The position numbers and the translations under genes are program-made. From positions 1-64,000 of IMG/VR virus record IMGVR_UViG_3300037069_000805: 64,000 nucleotides of DNA; one strand, given 5' to 3'. The notes under the pieces were generated by a model. It saw only the letters and a program-made list of their open reading frames with translations. It had not been told where the DNA came from and made no database searches. The stretch comes from a virus. This document shows positions 28,679-38,115 of the stretch, piece after piece. Within the stretch, counting starts at the first letter, position 1; each line of letters starts with the position of its first letter.

Positions 28679-29182
28679 ATGGAAATAAAAAGAAGAATAT
28701 CTAGATATTCCAGTGGAATGTTATTTACAGAATATTTAAAAATATGTAAATATTGTAAAGAGGAATGTTGGGTTAATAAAAAAAATATTGAACATTGTTC
28801 TAGAAATTGTGCAAATAATCATTTAAGAAAAATAATTAATCCTCTAGAATTTTATTTTAGAGAAAAAATTAGTAGATTAAGAAGTAATGCAAAAACAAGA
28901 CGAAAAGAATTTAATTTAACATGGAATGATTTGTTGGAAAGATATAATAAACAAAACGGTTTATGTTATTATACTAATATTAAAATGTCATTAACTTATT
29001 CTGTAAAATCTGAAAAAATTTGTCCACCTAAACAATTATCAGTAGATCGATTAGATAATAAAAAAGGTTATGATAAAGATAATATCGTATTATGTTTATT
29101 TTGTATTAACAATTTCAAAGGAGAAATGTCAATTAATGAATTTAAAGAAATTATTAATGAAATAAGATTTAATGAAGATTAG
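28679..29182 (+). CDS. free-standing HNH-type homing endonuclease
   Basis: CKYC...CSRNC zinc module; AKTRRKEFNL...CYYT...SVDRLDNKKGY.KDNI.LC...N..K. Confidence 0.8.
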   Translation: MEIKRRISRYSSGMLFTEYLKICKYCKEECWVNKKNIEHCSRNCANNHLRKIINPLEFYFREKISRLRSNAKTRRKEFNLTWNDLLERYNKQNGLCYYTNIKMSLTYSVKSEKICPPKQLSVDRLDNKKGYDKDNIVLCLFCINNFKGEMSINEFKEIINEIRFNED

Positions 29183-29600
29183 AATTAAAAAATTACATGA
29201 AAACGCAGTTATACCATCTTATTCAAAGATTGGGGATGCTGCAGTTGATTTGACTGCAATAGATATAAATACTATTGATAATAAAGATCATGGTTATATT
29301 GAATATAATACTGGCTTAGCTGTTGAGGTACCTGAAGGACATGTTGGATTAATATTTCCACGTAGCTCTATAAGCAATACAGGGCTCATTTTAGCTAATG
29401 CTGTAGGTGTAGTGGACTCTAACTATAGAGGACCAATTAAATGTCGTTTTAAAGCTATTCCTGGTACTATTATTTATAGTGTAGGAGATAGAATAGCACA
29501 ATTAATTATTTTACCAATTCCAAATATTGAATTTGAAGAAGTTAAAGATTTATCTGAAACTGAAAGAGGTGAAGGTGGATTTGGAAGTACTGGAAAATAA
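29172..29600 (+). CDS. dut: trimeric dUTPase
   Basis: AAVDL, PRSS, GVVDSNYRG, RIAQL and RGEGGFGSTG motifs. Confidence 0.97.
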   Translation: MKIRIKKLHENAVIPSYSKIGDAAVDLTAIDINTIDNKDHGYIEYNTGLAVEVPEGHVGLIFPRSSISNTGLILANAVGVVDSNYRGPIKCRFKAIPGTIIYSVGDRIAQLIILPIPNIEFEEVKDLSETERGEGGFGSTGK

Positions 29601-29615
29601 GTATATAAAAATATA

Positions 29616-29846
29616 ATGAAAAAAGAAACTTTAGAAGCAACTATTAAATGTTTAGAACATTTAGCAATAAATATTGGAGAAACTACAACAGAATATCACT
29701 GGAGAGAGTTTTGTGGATTAATAGAAATGCTTAAAGAAAATTTTCCAGAATATAATTTACAAGAAGTTCAAACTAATATATATAAGAAATTAATTGTAGA
29801 TAATAATATAAAGGAAAATAATATTATAGATGAAGATGAGTGGTAA
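29616..29846 (+). CDS. hypothetical protein
   Basis: ORF track. Confidence 0.55.
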   Translation: MKKETLEATIKCLEHLAINIGETTTEYHWREFCGLIEMLKENFPEYNLQEVQTNIYKKLIVDNNIKENNIIDEDEW

Positions 29847-29877
29847 AACCACAAATGTTGAATGATAAAAAATTTGA

Positions 29878-31743
29878 ATGCAAAAAGATAAAGAGATATT
29901 AAGCAATATCACTGTATACAGTAAGTATGCAAAACACAAACCTGAATTAGAACGTAGAGAAACATGGGAAGAATTAGTAACTAGAAATATGGAAATGCAT
30001 ATTGAAAAATATCCTAATTTAAAAAAGGATATTACAAATATGTATAATAAATTTGTATTTACTAAAAAAGTGTTACCATCTATGCGTAGTTTACAATTTG
30101 GGGGTCGAGCAATTAAATTAAACAATAGTAGAATATATAATTGTGCTTTCTTACCAGTTGATGATATTCGTAGTTTTAGTGAAACTATGTTTTTATTACT
30201 TGGAGGCACAGGAGTTGGTTACTCTGTACAAAATCACCACATAGATAAATTACCAGAAATTAGAAAACCAAATTACACAAGAAAGAAAAAATATGTGGTG
30301 CAAGATAGTATTATAGGTTGGGCAGATTCTATAAAAACACTATTTAAATCATATACAGGAAGTATAGGTTCTCATATTGAATTTGATTTATCTGATATTA
30401 GGGCTAAAGGTGCTTTATTAATTACAGCAGGAGGTAAAGCACCAGGACCTGAACCATTAAGAATAGCTTTAGTTAAAATTGAAGCTATTCTAAGAGAAAA
30501 AGAAGATGGTTCTAAATTAACAGATATAGAATGTCATGATATTCAATGTCATATAGCTGATGCTGTGTTAGCAGGTGGAATCCGCCGTGCTGCGATGATA
30601 TCATTATTTGACTTAGATAGTGACGCAATGTTAAATTGTAAAGCTGGAAATTGGTGGGAAACTAATCCACAAAGAGGTAGATCTAATAATTCAGTTACAT
30701 TATTACGTCATAAAATTGATAAAAAAACTTTTGATAAAGTTTGGGAAAGAATTGAAGCATCAGGAAGTGGTGAGCCAGGTATTTATCTTACAAATGATAG
30801 AGATTGGGGAACAAATCCATGTTGTGAAATAGCACTTAGACCTTATCAATTTTGTAATCTTGTAGAAATTAATATGTCAAATATTAAATCACAAGAAGAT
30901 TTAAATGAAAGATCACAAGCTGCAAGTTTTATTGCAACATTACAAGCATCTTATACAGATTTTCATTATCTTCGTGATATATGGAAAAAAAATACTGAAA
31001 AAGATGCATTATTAGGTGTATCAATGACTGGTATAGCTTCTAAATATAATTTAACTTTAAATTATGAAGAAGCAGCTAATATTGTAAAAGAGCAAAATAA
31101 ACAATTAGCTGAAATTCTTGGTATTAATCAAGCAGCACGTACAACTGCAGTTAAACCTGCAGGAACTACATCACTTGTATTAGGGACATCATCTGGAATT
31201 CATGCTTGGCATAATGATTATTATATAAGAAGAATGCGAATAGGTAAAAATGAAGCATTATATCATCATTTAGCTATTTATCACCCAGAATTATTAGAAG
31301 ATGAGTATTTCAACCCAAAATTACAAGCTGTTATCTCTGTTCCTCAAAAGGCTCCAGAAGATGCTATCACACGTCATGAATCTACGTTAGATTTACTTGA
31401 AAGAGTTAAATTTATATCTGCAAATTGGGTTAAAACAGGACATATTAAAGGACAAAATACACATAATGTATCTTGTACTGTATCTGTAAGACCTGATGAA
31501 TGGAAAATAATAGGAGAATGGATGTGGGTTAATAAAGATTATTACAATGGTTTATCTGTATTACCATATGATGGTGGTAGTTATCGTCAAACTCCTTTTA
31601 CTGACTGCACAAAAGAAGAATATGAAAAATTAATGGAAACATTAAATAATGTAGATTTATCTAAAGTTATAGAACTTCAAGATAATACTAATCTTAATGA
31701 TCAAGCAGCATGTTCAGGACCTAATGGATGTGAAATAACATAA
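29878..31743 (+). CDS. nrdJ: class II (B12-dependent, monomeric RTPR-type) ribonucleotide reductase
   Basis: LPSMR, YNCAF, GTGVG, IRRAA, TNPCCEI, QFCNL, VKPAGT and a C-terminal Cys pair CSGPNGC; no beta subunit adjacent. Confidence 0.93.
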   Translation: MQKDKEILSNITVYSKYAKHKPELERRETWEELVTRNMEMHIEKYPNLKKDITNMYNKFVFTKKVLPSMRSLQFGGRAIKLNNSRIYNCAFLPVDDIRSFSETMFLLLGGTGVGYSVQNHHIDKLPEIRKPNYTRKKKYVVQDSIIGWADSIKTLFKSYTGSIGSHIEFDLSDIRAKGALLITAGGKAPGPEPLRIALVKIEAILREKEDGSKLTDIECHDIQCHIADAVLAGGIRRAAMISLFDLDSDAMLNCKAGNWWETNPQRGRSNNSVTLLRHKIDKKTFDKVWERIEASGSGEPGIYLTNDRDWGTNPCCEIALRPYQFCNLVEINMSNIKSQEDLNERSQAASFIATLQASYTDFHYLRDIWKKNTEKDALLGVSMTGIASKYNLTLNYEEAANIVKEQNKQLAEILGINQAARTTAVKPAGTTSLVLGTSSGIHAWHNDYYIRRMRIGKNEALYHHLAIYHPELLEDEYFNPKLQAVISVPQKAPEDAITRHESTLDLLERVKFISANWVKTGHIKGQNTHNVSCTVSVRPDEWKIIGEWMWVNKDYYNGLSVLPYDGGSYRQTPFTDCTKEEYEKLMETLNNVDLSKVIELQDNTNLNDQAACSGPNGCEIT

Positions 31744-31745
31744 TT

Positions 31746-31955
31746 ATGGAAAAAGAAACAAAAGATTTATTAATAGAAGTTTATAAAAAATTTGGTGAAA
31801 ATAAAGGTTTACTTTTAAGAGGTAAAAATTCTTATACTGGAAATGAAGTAGCTGAAGAAATTGCTAATGAAACTAAAGTAGGAATGGATATTTATAAAAG
31901 TATAATTTCTTTAACTTGTGACTTGTTGTCAAGACAAAAACTTGAAATAAAATAG
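31746..31955 (+). CDS. hypothetical protein
   Basis: ORF track. Confidence 0.55.
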   Translation: MEKETKDLLIEVYKKFGENKGLLLRGKNSYTGNEVAEEIANETKVGMDIYKSIISLTCDLLSRQKLEIK

Positions 31956-31970
31956 AAAACAAATAATAAT

Positions 31971-32053
31971 AGAGAGAAGTACTTATAACTAAATGGATGT
32001 AACATTTATATGTCGTATAAGCTAAGTACTATTTGTGGAGCTTCTCTCTTTTA
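31971..32053 (+). terminator. branched hairpin with U tract
   Basis: AGAGAGAAG/CTTCTCTCT closing stem enclosing AGTACTTA/TAAGTACT and TAAATG/CATTTA, then a T run. Confidence 0.5.
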
Positions 32054-32069
32054 TTTAATAAATATAAAA

Positions 32070-32825
32070 ATGAATATAACAGCAGAAATAATTAATACAT
32101 TAGGAGATTCATATAAACTTAAAGAAATAATAAGACAAACTAGTTGTTTTTCTGGATTTAATTGTTCAATAACTTCTAGTAGTCATGATATAGGAAGTAT
32201 TATATTAGAAAAAAATAAAATAGATCAGTTAGGTATTGAAGATTTAAAATATTTCTTAGAAAATATTAAATTAGCTGGAACATTAGATTTTAAAATAATT
32301 GAAAAAAATGATGAAATACATTTAGAATTTGACTCAAAAGATTGTAAAGTTAAATCATATTATCAATATACTGGAATGTTAGTTAGATGTTCTTATAATA
32401 ATAGATCAGATACTTTCTTACCTATAGGCAAACACTTTATTAATATGTGTAAATATTTTCCTAAAACAGATAGAGGTAAATTATTTACAATAGCATGTAA
32501 TATATATTTAAGCAATAATACTACTACTGGCTATTCTTATAATTCTAATCATATTTTAATGCTAAATGCAGGATGTAAAATATTAACAACTAAAAAAATA
32601 AAGGAATTATTAGATTTAAATAACGGAATTAATGATAATTTCACTCTAGTTGATAAATTACATAATCCAGATAAAATATATATTGAAAATGAAAATGGAA
32701 TGAAATTATTTAATAAAGATAATCCACCAAAATATAATCCTAAAGCATTTAAAAAAGACTTATTTAACCTTGAAAATAATTCTAAAGAAAGTTATTTAAA
32801 AATAATAAAAAATGGAACTAAATAA
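32070..32825 (+). CDS. hypothetical protein
   Basis: ORF track 32010..32825; the ATG at 32070, after the hairpin and an A-rich leader, is the more plausible start. Confidence 0.6.
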   Translation: MNITAEIINTLGDSYKLKEIIRQTSCFSGFNCSITSSSHDIGSIILEKNKIDQLGIEDLKYFLENIKLAGTLDFKIIEKNDEIHLEFDSKDCKVKSYYQYTGMLVRCSYNNRSDTFLPIGKHFINMCKYFPKTDRGKLFTIACNIYLSNNTTTGYSYNSNHILMLNAGCKILTTKKIKELLDLNNGINDNFTLVDKLHNPDKIYIENENGMKLFNKDNPPKYNPKAFKKDLFNLENNSKESYLKIIKNGTK

Positions 32826-34080
32826 TAAAAAGACAAATATACATGAGGAAGCTTTAGAAAAATGGATTTATCAAGTTAAACATGGTACAGTACAATTAGT
32901 AACTGGTACAGGTAAAACATTTTTATTTCTTAAGGCATTATATACTATGCCAAAAGATATGACTAAACAACATTGGTTTTTAGCAGAAACAACTGAAAGA
33001 GAAAAAGATTTAAATAGAGAAATTAAAAAATATAATCAAATCTATAATGTAGATGTTTATAAAGATTATGATTTAAAATTTCATTGTTATCAATCTGTAT
33101 ATAAATGGTCAGGATTTAAATTAGGTTTAGTAGGATGTGATGAAATCCATGATCAATTAACTCCTGAATATTTTAAATTTCATTTAAATAATAATTATGA
33201 TGCTTGTTTAGGTCTAAGCGCTTTAATTAATAATACAACATCATATACAATTAAAAAAGATGATCAATTACATAAATTATTTGGTAAAGATATCATTAAT
33301 AAATTTGATATGTTGAATGTAATGGCACCAATATGTTATAAATATGATATGAATCAAGCACAATTAGATAATACATCAAGAAAGTTAAATATCTACATTA
33401 TTAAAAATAAATTAGATAATAATAATAAAACTATTTTAAGTGGTAATATGAAAAATAGATTTTATCAAACTGAACAAGAACATTATAAATATTTAAATGA
33501 TGTTTTCATTAAAGTAACTAATTTAGAAAGAAAAGATAATGAAGATATTTATGATTATGAAAATAGAAAAAATCTTGAAATAATTAAAGCATCTAATAGA
33601 AGATCTTCTTTTCTATATAGTTTACAAAGTAAATTAACATTATCAAAAGAATTATTATCTAATATTACTGAAAAAACTATAATTTTTGGAAATTATTTAC
33701 CAATGTTATATAATTTAACTACAAATGTAGTTTCATCAGCAAATAATGATGAAAATAATGAAAAAATTAGAGATGATTTTAATGAAAGTAAAATAAAAAC
33801 TATTGCATCATTTAAAAAACTAAAACAAGGTGCTAATCTTGATGGTGTTGATGTATGTTTAATTGTATCTTATTATAGTTCAGAAGTTGATCTTAGACAA
33901 AGAATGGGAAGACTTAGACAAAATGGAGATAAAGAAGGTAGTGTATTTATTATTGTTACAGAAAATACTCAAGAAGTAGTTTGGTTTAATACAATGATGG
34001 AAAATATTAAAGAACATAATATTATATTATGTGATAATGTAGATAATACTATAAAAGAATATATTAAAAATAAAAAATAA
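32812..34080 (+). CDS. superfamily 2 (DEAD/DEAH-like) helicase
   Basis: TGTGKT, CDEIH, LSA, QGANL and QRMGR motifs. Confidence 0.9.
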   Translation: MELNNKKTNIHEEALEKWIYQVKHGTVQLVTGTGKTFLFLKALYTMPKDMTKQHWFLAETTEREKDLNREIKKYNQIYNVDVYKDYDLKFHCYQSVYKWSGFKLGLVGCDEIHDQLTPEYFKFHLNNNYDACLGLSALINNTTSYTIKKDDQLHKLFGKDIINKFDMLNVMAPICYKYDMNQAQLDNTSRKLNIYIIKNKLDNNNKTILSGNMKNRFYQTEQEHYKYLNDVFIKVTNLERKDNEDIYDYENRKNLEIIKASNRRSSFLYSLQSKLTLSKELLSNITEKTIIFGNYLPMLYNLTTNVVSSANNDENNEKIRDDFNESKIKTIASFKKLKQGANLDGVDVCLIVSYYSSEVDLRQRMGRLRQNGDKEGSVFIIVTENTQEVVWFNTMMENIKEHNIILCDNVDNTIKEYIKNKK

Positions 34081-34376
34081 TGAAATTAAAAAATATATTT
34101 ATAGTATATGATTATTTATTAATTAAAAATGATAGAAATTATAATTTATTAAAAACAGTAGAAGAATTACAAGAGTTAGCTCTCATACTTACACAAAGAT
34201 TAAATAAAGGTGATTTAATACCAGATTATAAAATAATTGAAGAAATAGGAGATGTTAATATAAGAATGAAAGTTCTTAATAAAATGTTTCCACAAGAAAA
34301 AATACAAAAAAGAATGACCTTTAAACTTAAGAAGTTTTTTGGTTTTATACAAACAGAAAAATATAAAAACATATAA
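34080..34376 (+). CDS. MazG-like NTP pyrophosphohydrolase domain protein
   Basis: KTVEELQEL...IIEEIGDV motif. Confidence 0.7.
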   Translation: MKLKNIFIVYDYLLIKNDRNYNLLKTVEELQELALILTQRLNKGDLIPDYKIIEEIGDVNIRMKVLNKMFPQEKIQKRMTFKLKKFFGFIQTEKYKNI

Positions 34377-34382
34377 ATAAAA

Positions 34383-35111
34383 ATGAAAATAAAATGTAAA
34401 CAATTAGGTAATAATAAATCAATATCATTAACAACAGAATACGATGTAATCGATGAATCAGATTCTCGTTATGCAGTAATTAATGATAAAGGTATTCAAA
34501 AAAATTATGCAAAAAGTTTATTTGATATTATACCTGAAGTACCTGTAATACCACCAGTAGAAGTTATTGATGAATTAAATATTGAAACTTCTATTGAAAA
34601 AACGGAAGATGATGAACAATCAATTGATAAATTAGCAATTAAAGTAATATGTCCTTTTATAGGAAGAAATAGATTTGAATATAATTCTGGAAATATTCTT
34701 ACAGTTTCAGGAATGTCAATTAGTTGTGGTATATTACAAATTGAAGGACTTAATTCTTTAATAACTCATTTAAATTCTATGAGAACTGCATTTGATACAT
34801 ATATGAGAAATCATGCAAATGTATTTATTTTAAATGAAGAAATTAATGTTGATGAAGTATTTAAAGATATTACAACATCTTTAGTACAAGATATTATTGC
34901 AGAATTTCAAGGAGAAGATGGTTCTGCAGTTTTATTACTATCAACAACAAATGATTCAATTGCTTCATCACCTGTATTAAAAGAAGCATTAAATGAAGTA
35001 TCTTCTACTGTAACAGCACTTAATCCAAATAGTGGTAATAATATTACTTTGTGGACAATTCTTACAGGTCATGAAGGAAACAATGATGAAGAAGATAATG
35101 AGGAAAGATAA
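34383..35111 (+). CDS. hypothetical protein: SH3-like N-terminus plus family B domain and acidic tail
   Basis: EYDV...Y.VIND.G..KNY.KSLF N-terminus; SISCGILQI...NPNSGNNITLW. Confidence 0.6.
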   Translation: MKIKCKQLGNNKSISLTTEYDVIDESDSRYAVINDKGIQKNYAKSLFDIIPEVPVIPPVEVIDELNIETSIEKTEDDEQSIDKLAIKVICPFIGRNRFEYNSGNILTVSGMSISCGILQIEGLNSLITHLNSMRTAFDTYMRNHANVFILNEEINVDEVFKDITTSLVQDIIAEFQGEDGSAVLLLSTTNDSIASSPVLKEALNEVSSTVTALNPNSGNNITLWTILTGHEGNNDEEDNEER

Positions 35112-35129
35112 TGAATAAATAATAATAGA

Positions 35130-35168
35130 AAAGCCACTACAGTCATATTGATTATAGTGGCTTTAATT
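35130..35168 (+). terminator. intrinsic terminator-like hairpin
   Basis: AAAGCCACTA...TAGTGGCTTT stem. Confidence 0.5.
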
Positions 35169-35177
35169 TTAAATAAA

Positions 35178-35570
35178 ATGAAAATATTTTTAGATGATGT
35201 TAGAATACCTAAAGATTGTATAAATTATATGTACAGAAGAATAGGACCCTTAAATCCTATTTATTTAGAAGAATGGAAAGTAGTTTCAAATTACGATGAA
35301 TTTGTACAAACATTACGAAAACATCATAGAGAAATAACACATATAAGTTTTGATCATGATTTAGGTGAAGATGTAGCACTTGCTGCAATAGAAAGAGGAA
35401 TGTCTAAAAGAAAAGCTCGTAAAAAATTAAAAAAGAATGTTCAATCTGGTTATGATTGTGCTAAATTTACTAAACAATTTTATATTGATTTAGGTAAAGA
35501 TTTACCAATAATGTTTGTACATAGTATGAATCCTGTTGGTACAGAAAATATTATTAATTTGTTTAAATAA
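35178..35570 (+). CDS. cyclic-phosphate-processing receiver-like domain protein
   Basis: IFLDDVR, ISFDHDLG, GYDCAK and HSMNPVG motifs; ATG at 35178. Confidence 0.8.
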   Translation: MKIFLDDVRIPKDCINYMYRRIGPLNPIYLEEWKVVSNYDEFVQTLRKHHREITHISFDHDLGEDVALAAIERGMSKRKARKKLKKNVQSGYDCAKFTKQFYIDLGKDLPIMFVHSMNPVGTENIINLFK

Positions 35571-35571
35571 A

Positions 35572-35892
35572 ATGAGTGGAAAGAGATATAATGAAGGGAA
35601 ATTAAAATGGAGTTTGGTTAGCTGGAAAGCCTTAGAACCAATGATTAAAGTACTAATGTTTGGAGCTGAAAAATACAGTCCAAATAATTGGAAAGGAGGA
35701 CTTAAATATACTGAAGTATGTGAAAGTATGCAAAGACATTTAAACTCCTTTATAGATGGTGAAAATGATGATAAAGAGAGTAAAATAGCTCACGTTGGAC
35801 ATATACTCTGTAACGCAATGTTTCTATCTTATATGTATCTTTTTAGAAAAGATATGGATGATAGATATATTGATAAAAATACTAAAGAATGA
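35572..35892 (+). CDS. dATP/dGTP diphosphohydrolase domain protein (DUF5664)
   Basis: RYNEGKL.W.L, FGAEKY..NNW..G, RHL...GE..D.ES...H..H..CN.MFL motifs. Confidence 0.85.
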   Translation: MSGKRYNEGKLKWSLVSWKALEPMIKVLMFGAEKYSPNNWKGGLKYTEVCESMQRHLNSFIDGENDDKESKIAHVGHILCNAMFLSYMYLFRKDMDDRYIDKNTKE

Positions 35893-36098
35893 AAATATTT
35901 GAAAAAAGAGAATTTACAGATGGTGGACCAAATGATAAAGGTTTTGTAATAGGTTATATAAAAGCTAAATCTAAAGAAGAAGCTCGGAATATATTAAATA
36001 TTAAACATGGTTTTATTCAACTATTTGAAATTTCATTAATTGATTTTTCAAAAAGAAAAATGGAAGCTTGGAAAAATTATAAAATATTTGATATATGA
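35889..36098 (+). CDS. hypothetical protein
   Basis: ORF track; ATGA coupling on both sides. Confidence 0.55.
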   Translation: MKIFEKREFTDGGPNDKGFVIGYIKAKSKEEARNILNIKHGFIQLFEISLIDFSKRKMEAWKNYKIFDI

Positions 36099-36610
36099 GC
36101 TATATAAGAACACATAATGGATTTATGTTTAATTATTTAAATCCAGATGAAAGACAAATAGATATTGATGATATTGCACAAGCTTTATCTAATATACCTA
36201 GATGGTTAGGACATACAGGTCAACACTATTCTGTAGCACAACATTGTTGTTGGTGTTATGATTGGACAGATGGTAATAAATTAGAAGCTTTAATGCATGA
36301 TGCATCTGAAGCATATGTTGGAGATTGTCCTACTCCATTAAAAATATTATTACCAGACTATCAAGCAATGGAACATAAAGTTAGTATTATACTAGCTAAT
36401 AAATATAAATATAATTATCCTTATTCAAATGAAACACATTTTGTTGATAAAATAGCTTTAGCTTTTGAAAGACATAATGTAAAACACCTTGATATAAATT
36501 ATTTACCATTAACATATATACCAGAGCCTATAGAAATATGGACTCATAAAAGAGCTAAAAGAGAATTTTTGAAAAGATTTAATGCTGAAATGAATGGAAA
36601 AATTATTTAA
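36095..36610 (+). CDS. HD-domain 5'-deoxynucleotidase-like hydrolase (YfbR/YfdR-like)
   Basis: IDIDDIA.ALS..PR..GH...YSVAQH and LMHDASEAYVGD.PTPLK motifs. Confidence 0.88.
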   Translation: MSYIRTHNGFMFNYLNPDERQIDIDDIAQALSNIPRWLGHTGQHYSVAQHCCWCYDWTDGNKLEALMHDASEAYVGDCPTPLKILLPDYQAMEHKVSIILANKYKYNYPYSNETHFVDKIALAFERHNVKHLDINYLPLTYIPEPIEIWTHKRAKREFLKRFNAEMNGKII

Positions 36611-36768
36611 AGACAGATTAAATTGTTTAAAAAGTAGATTAAAATCTGCAACAGGTGTTAAGTTAACTAAAGTTAGAAATGAATGTGAAGTATCTTTTAT
36701 AAATGGTCAAATTCACGAATTAACACAATTAGCTTATAAATTAAATATTAAATTATGAAAATGATAGA

Positions 36769-37431
36769 ATGAATGTAGAGTTAATAAGTAAAACTATTGG
36801 AGTAAATAGTTATAAAGAATTAGATAATAATGAAATTATTGCAGCAATTGCAAGACATGGTGTTATTAAAGAAGATAAAGGAAAGCTTGTGAAATATCTT
36901 ATGGATAATGCACATTGGTCACCTTTACAACATATTTCTTTTGGTTTTAAAATTGAAACTAGAAGAAGTATATCAGCTCAGATATTTAGACATCGTAGTT
37001 TAAATGGACAAGAGTGGAGTTTAAGATATGCAGAACCATTAGGTTTTGAAGAAATTAAACTTAGAAAAGAACATCCAACTAATAGACAGAGTAGTCTAGA
37101 AATATTTGACCCTTTAGTTAAAGAAAATGGATTAATAAAATTGTCACAATTATATAAAGAAGCATTAGAACATATAGAATGGTTATATAACAAATCTATA
37201 GAATTAGGTGTGGCAAAAGAATGCGCTAGAGATATATTACCTCTATGTACAAAAACTACAATTCATATTACAGGTACTTTAAGAGATCTTCTAGTATTTC
37301 TAAATGTAAGATGTGATGAACATGCACAAAAAGAAGTTAGAGATATTGCAACAAGAATAGGAGAAGAACTTGAAAAAGAACTTCCTGAAATTATGCAAAC
37401 TATCGATTGGAAGAATGGAATGTTCATGTAA
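36769..37431 (+). CDS. thyX: flavin-dependent thymidylate synthase
   Basis: HWSP, RHRSLNGQEWSLRY (RHRx7S), E.AR.ILP, HAQKEVR motifs. Confidence 0.95.
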   Translation: MNVELISKTIGVNSYKELDNNEIIAAIARHGVIKEDKGKLVKYLMDNAHWSPLQHISFGFKIETRRSISAQIFRHRSLNGQEWSLRYAEPLGFEEIKLRKEHPTNRQSSLEIFDPLVKENGLIKLSQLYKEALEHIEWLYNKSIELGVAKECARDILPLCTKTTIHITGTLRDLLVFLNVRCDEHAQKEVRDIATRIGEELEKELPEIMQTIDWKNGMFM

Positions 37432-37614
37432 TTTAAAATAGAAAATAATGGAACAGAAATTAGTTAAAGTTACACATAGAAATCCTTATTTTGAAGAGCA
37501 TAGTTTTTATTTAAATTTTGATTTAAAAAGAGGATTCAGAGTAATAAGTCAGATATATTATCCTGAAACTAAAGATGTTTATGCACATACAATGTATTTA
37601 ATACAGAAAGATTA

Positions 37615-37707
37615 ATGAAATATACAGATATAATGATTGATATAGAAACTCTAGGTAGAACACCTGGTTGTGCTATAATTCAAATTGCAAAGAAATTAAA
37701 ACAATAA
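37615..37707 (+). pseudogene. truncated DEDD 3'-5' exonuclease remnant (30 aa)
   Basis: MKYTDIMIDIETLGRTPGCAIIQIAKKLKQ-stop: ExoI motif only. Confidence 0.65.
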
Positions 37708-37710
37708 TTT

Positions 37711-38115
37711 ATGAGTAAATTAAAATACGAAACTAAAAAAGTAATTGATTCTTTTGATTGGGATGATTTAGTTCGAGAAACTTATAAAAAACCTTATTGT
37801 TTTCAACAGCAAGACGGATGTCAAAGTAGAGGTGTTGTTAATATTACAATTTCTAAAGATGATATTGAAGATTATGATTTTGAAAATGATACATTACCAT
37901 TTAAAATAAATGGAAATGAAATGGGTGTTAGTTTTAAAGGTTGGTTAGAAACTTCCGAAGAAGATATTAATAAAGATAATCCTGAGTTATATCCTAATGC
38001 AAATAAATTATTTTGGTCAAGAAATTTTTATCCTGCATTAGATGTAGTTGCAAATGATTTATGTAAAAAAGGATTAATTGAACCAGGTGATTATGTAATT
38101 AATATTGATTGGTAA
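37711..38115 (+). CDS. conserved phage hypothetical protein
   Basis: ORF track; Y.KPY.FQQQ.GC and G.Y.INIDW motifs. Confidence 0.65.
   Translation: MSKLKYETKKVIDSFDWDDLVRETYKKPYCFQQQDGCQSRGVVNITISKDDIEDYDFENDTLPFKINGNEMGVSFKGWLETSEEDINKDNPELYPNANKLFWSRNFYPALDVVANDLCKKGLIEPGDYVINIDW

Noticed and set aside
34080-36610. Diaminopurine (Z-genome) pathway
   Set aside because: DUF5664, HD and MazG-like genes are present, but no PurZ/adenylosuccinate-synthetase homologue or dedicated polymerase is seen in the window.
6457-37193. Short minus-strand ORFs in the + arm (6457, 14955, 15551, 15997, 22785, 26960, 29790, 34215, 36978)
   Set aside because: They are shadows of well-supported + strand genes or RNAs and have no recognisable motifs.
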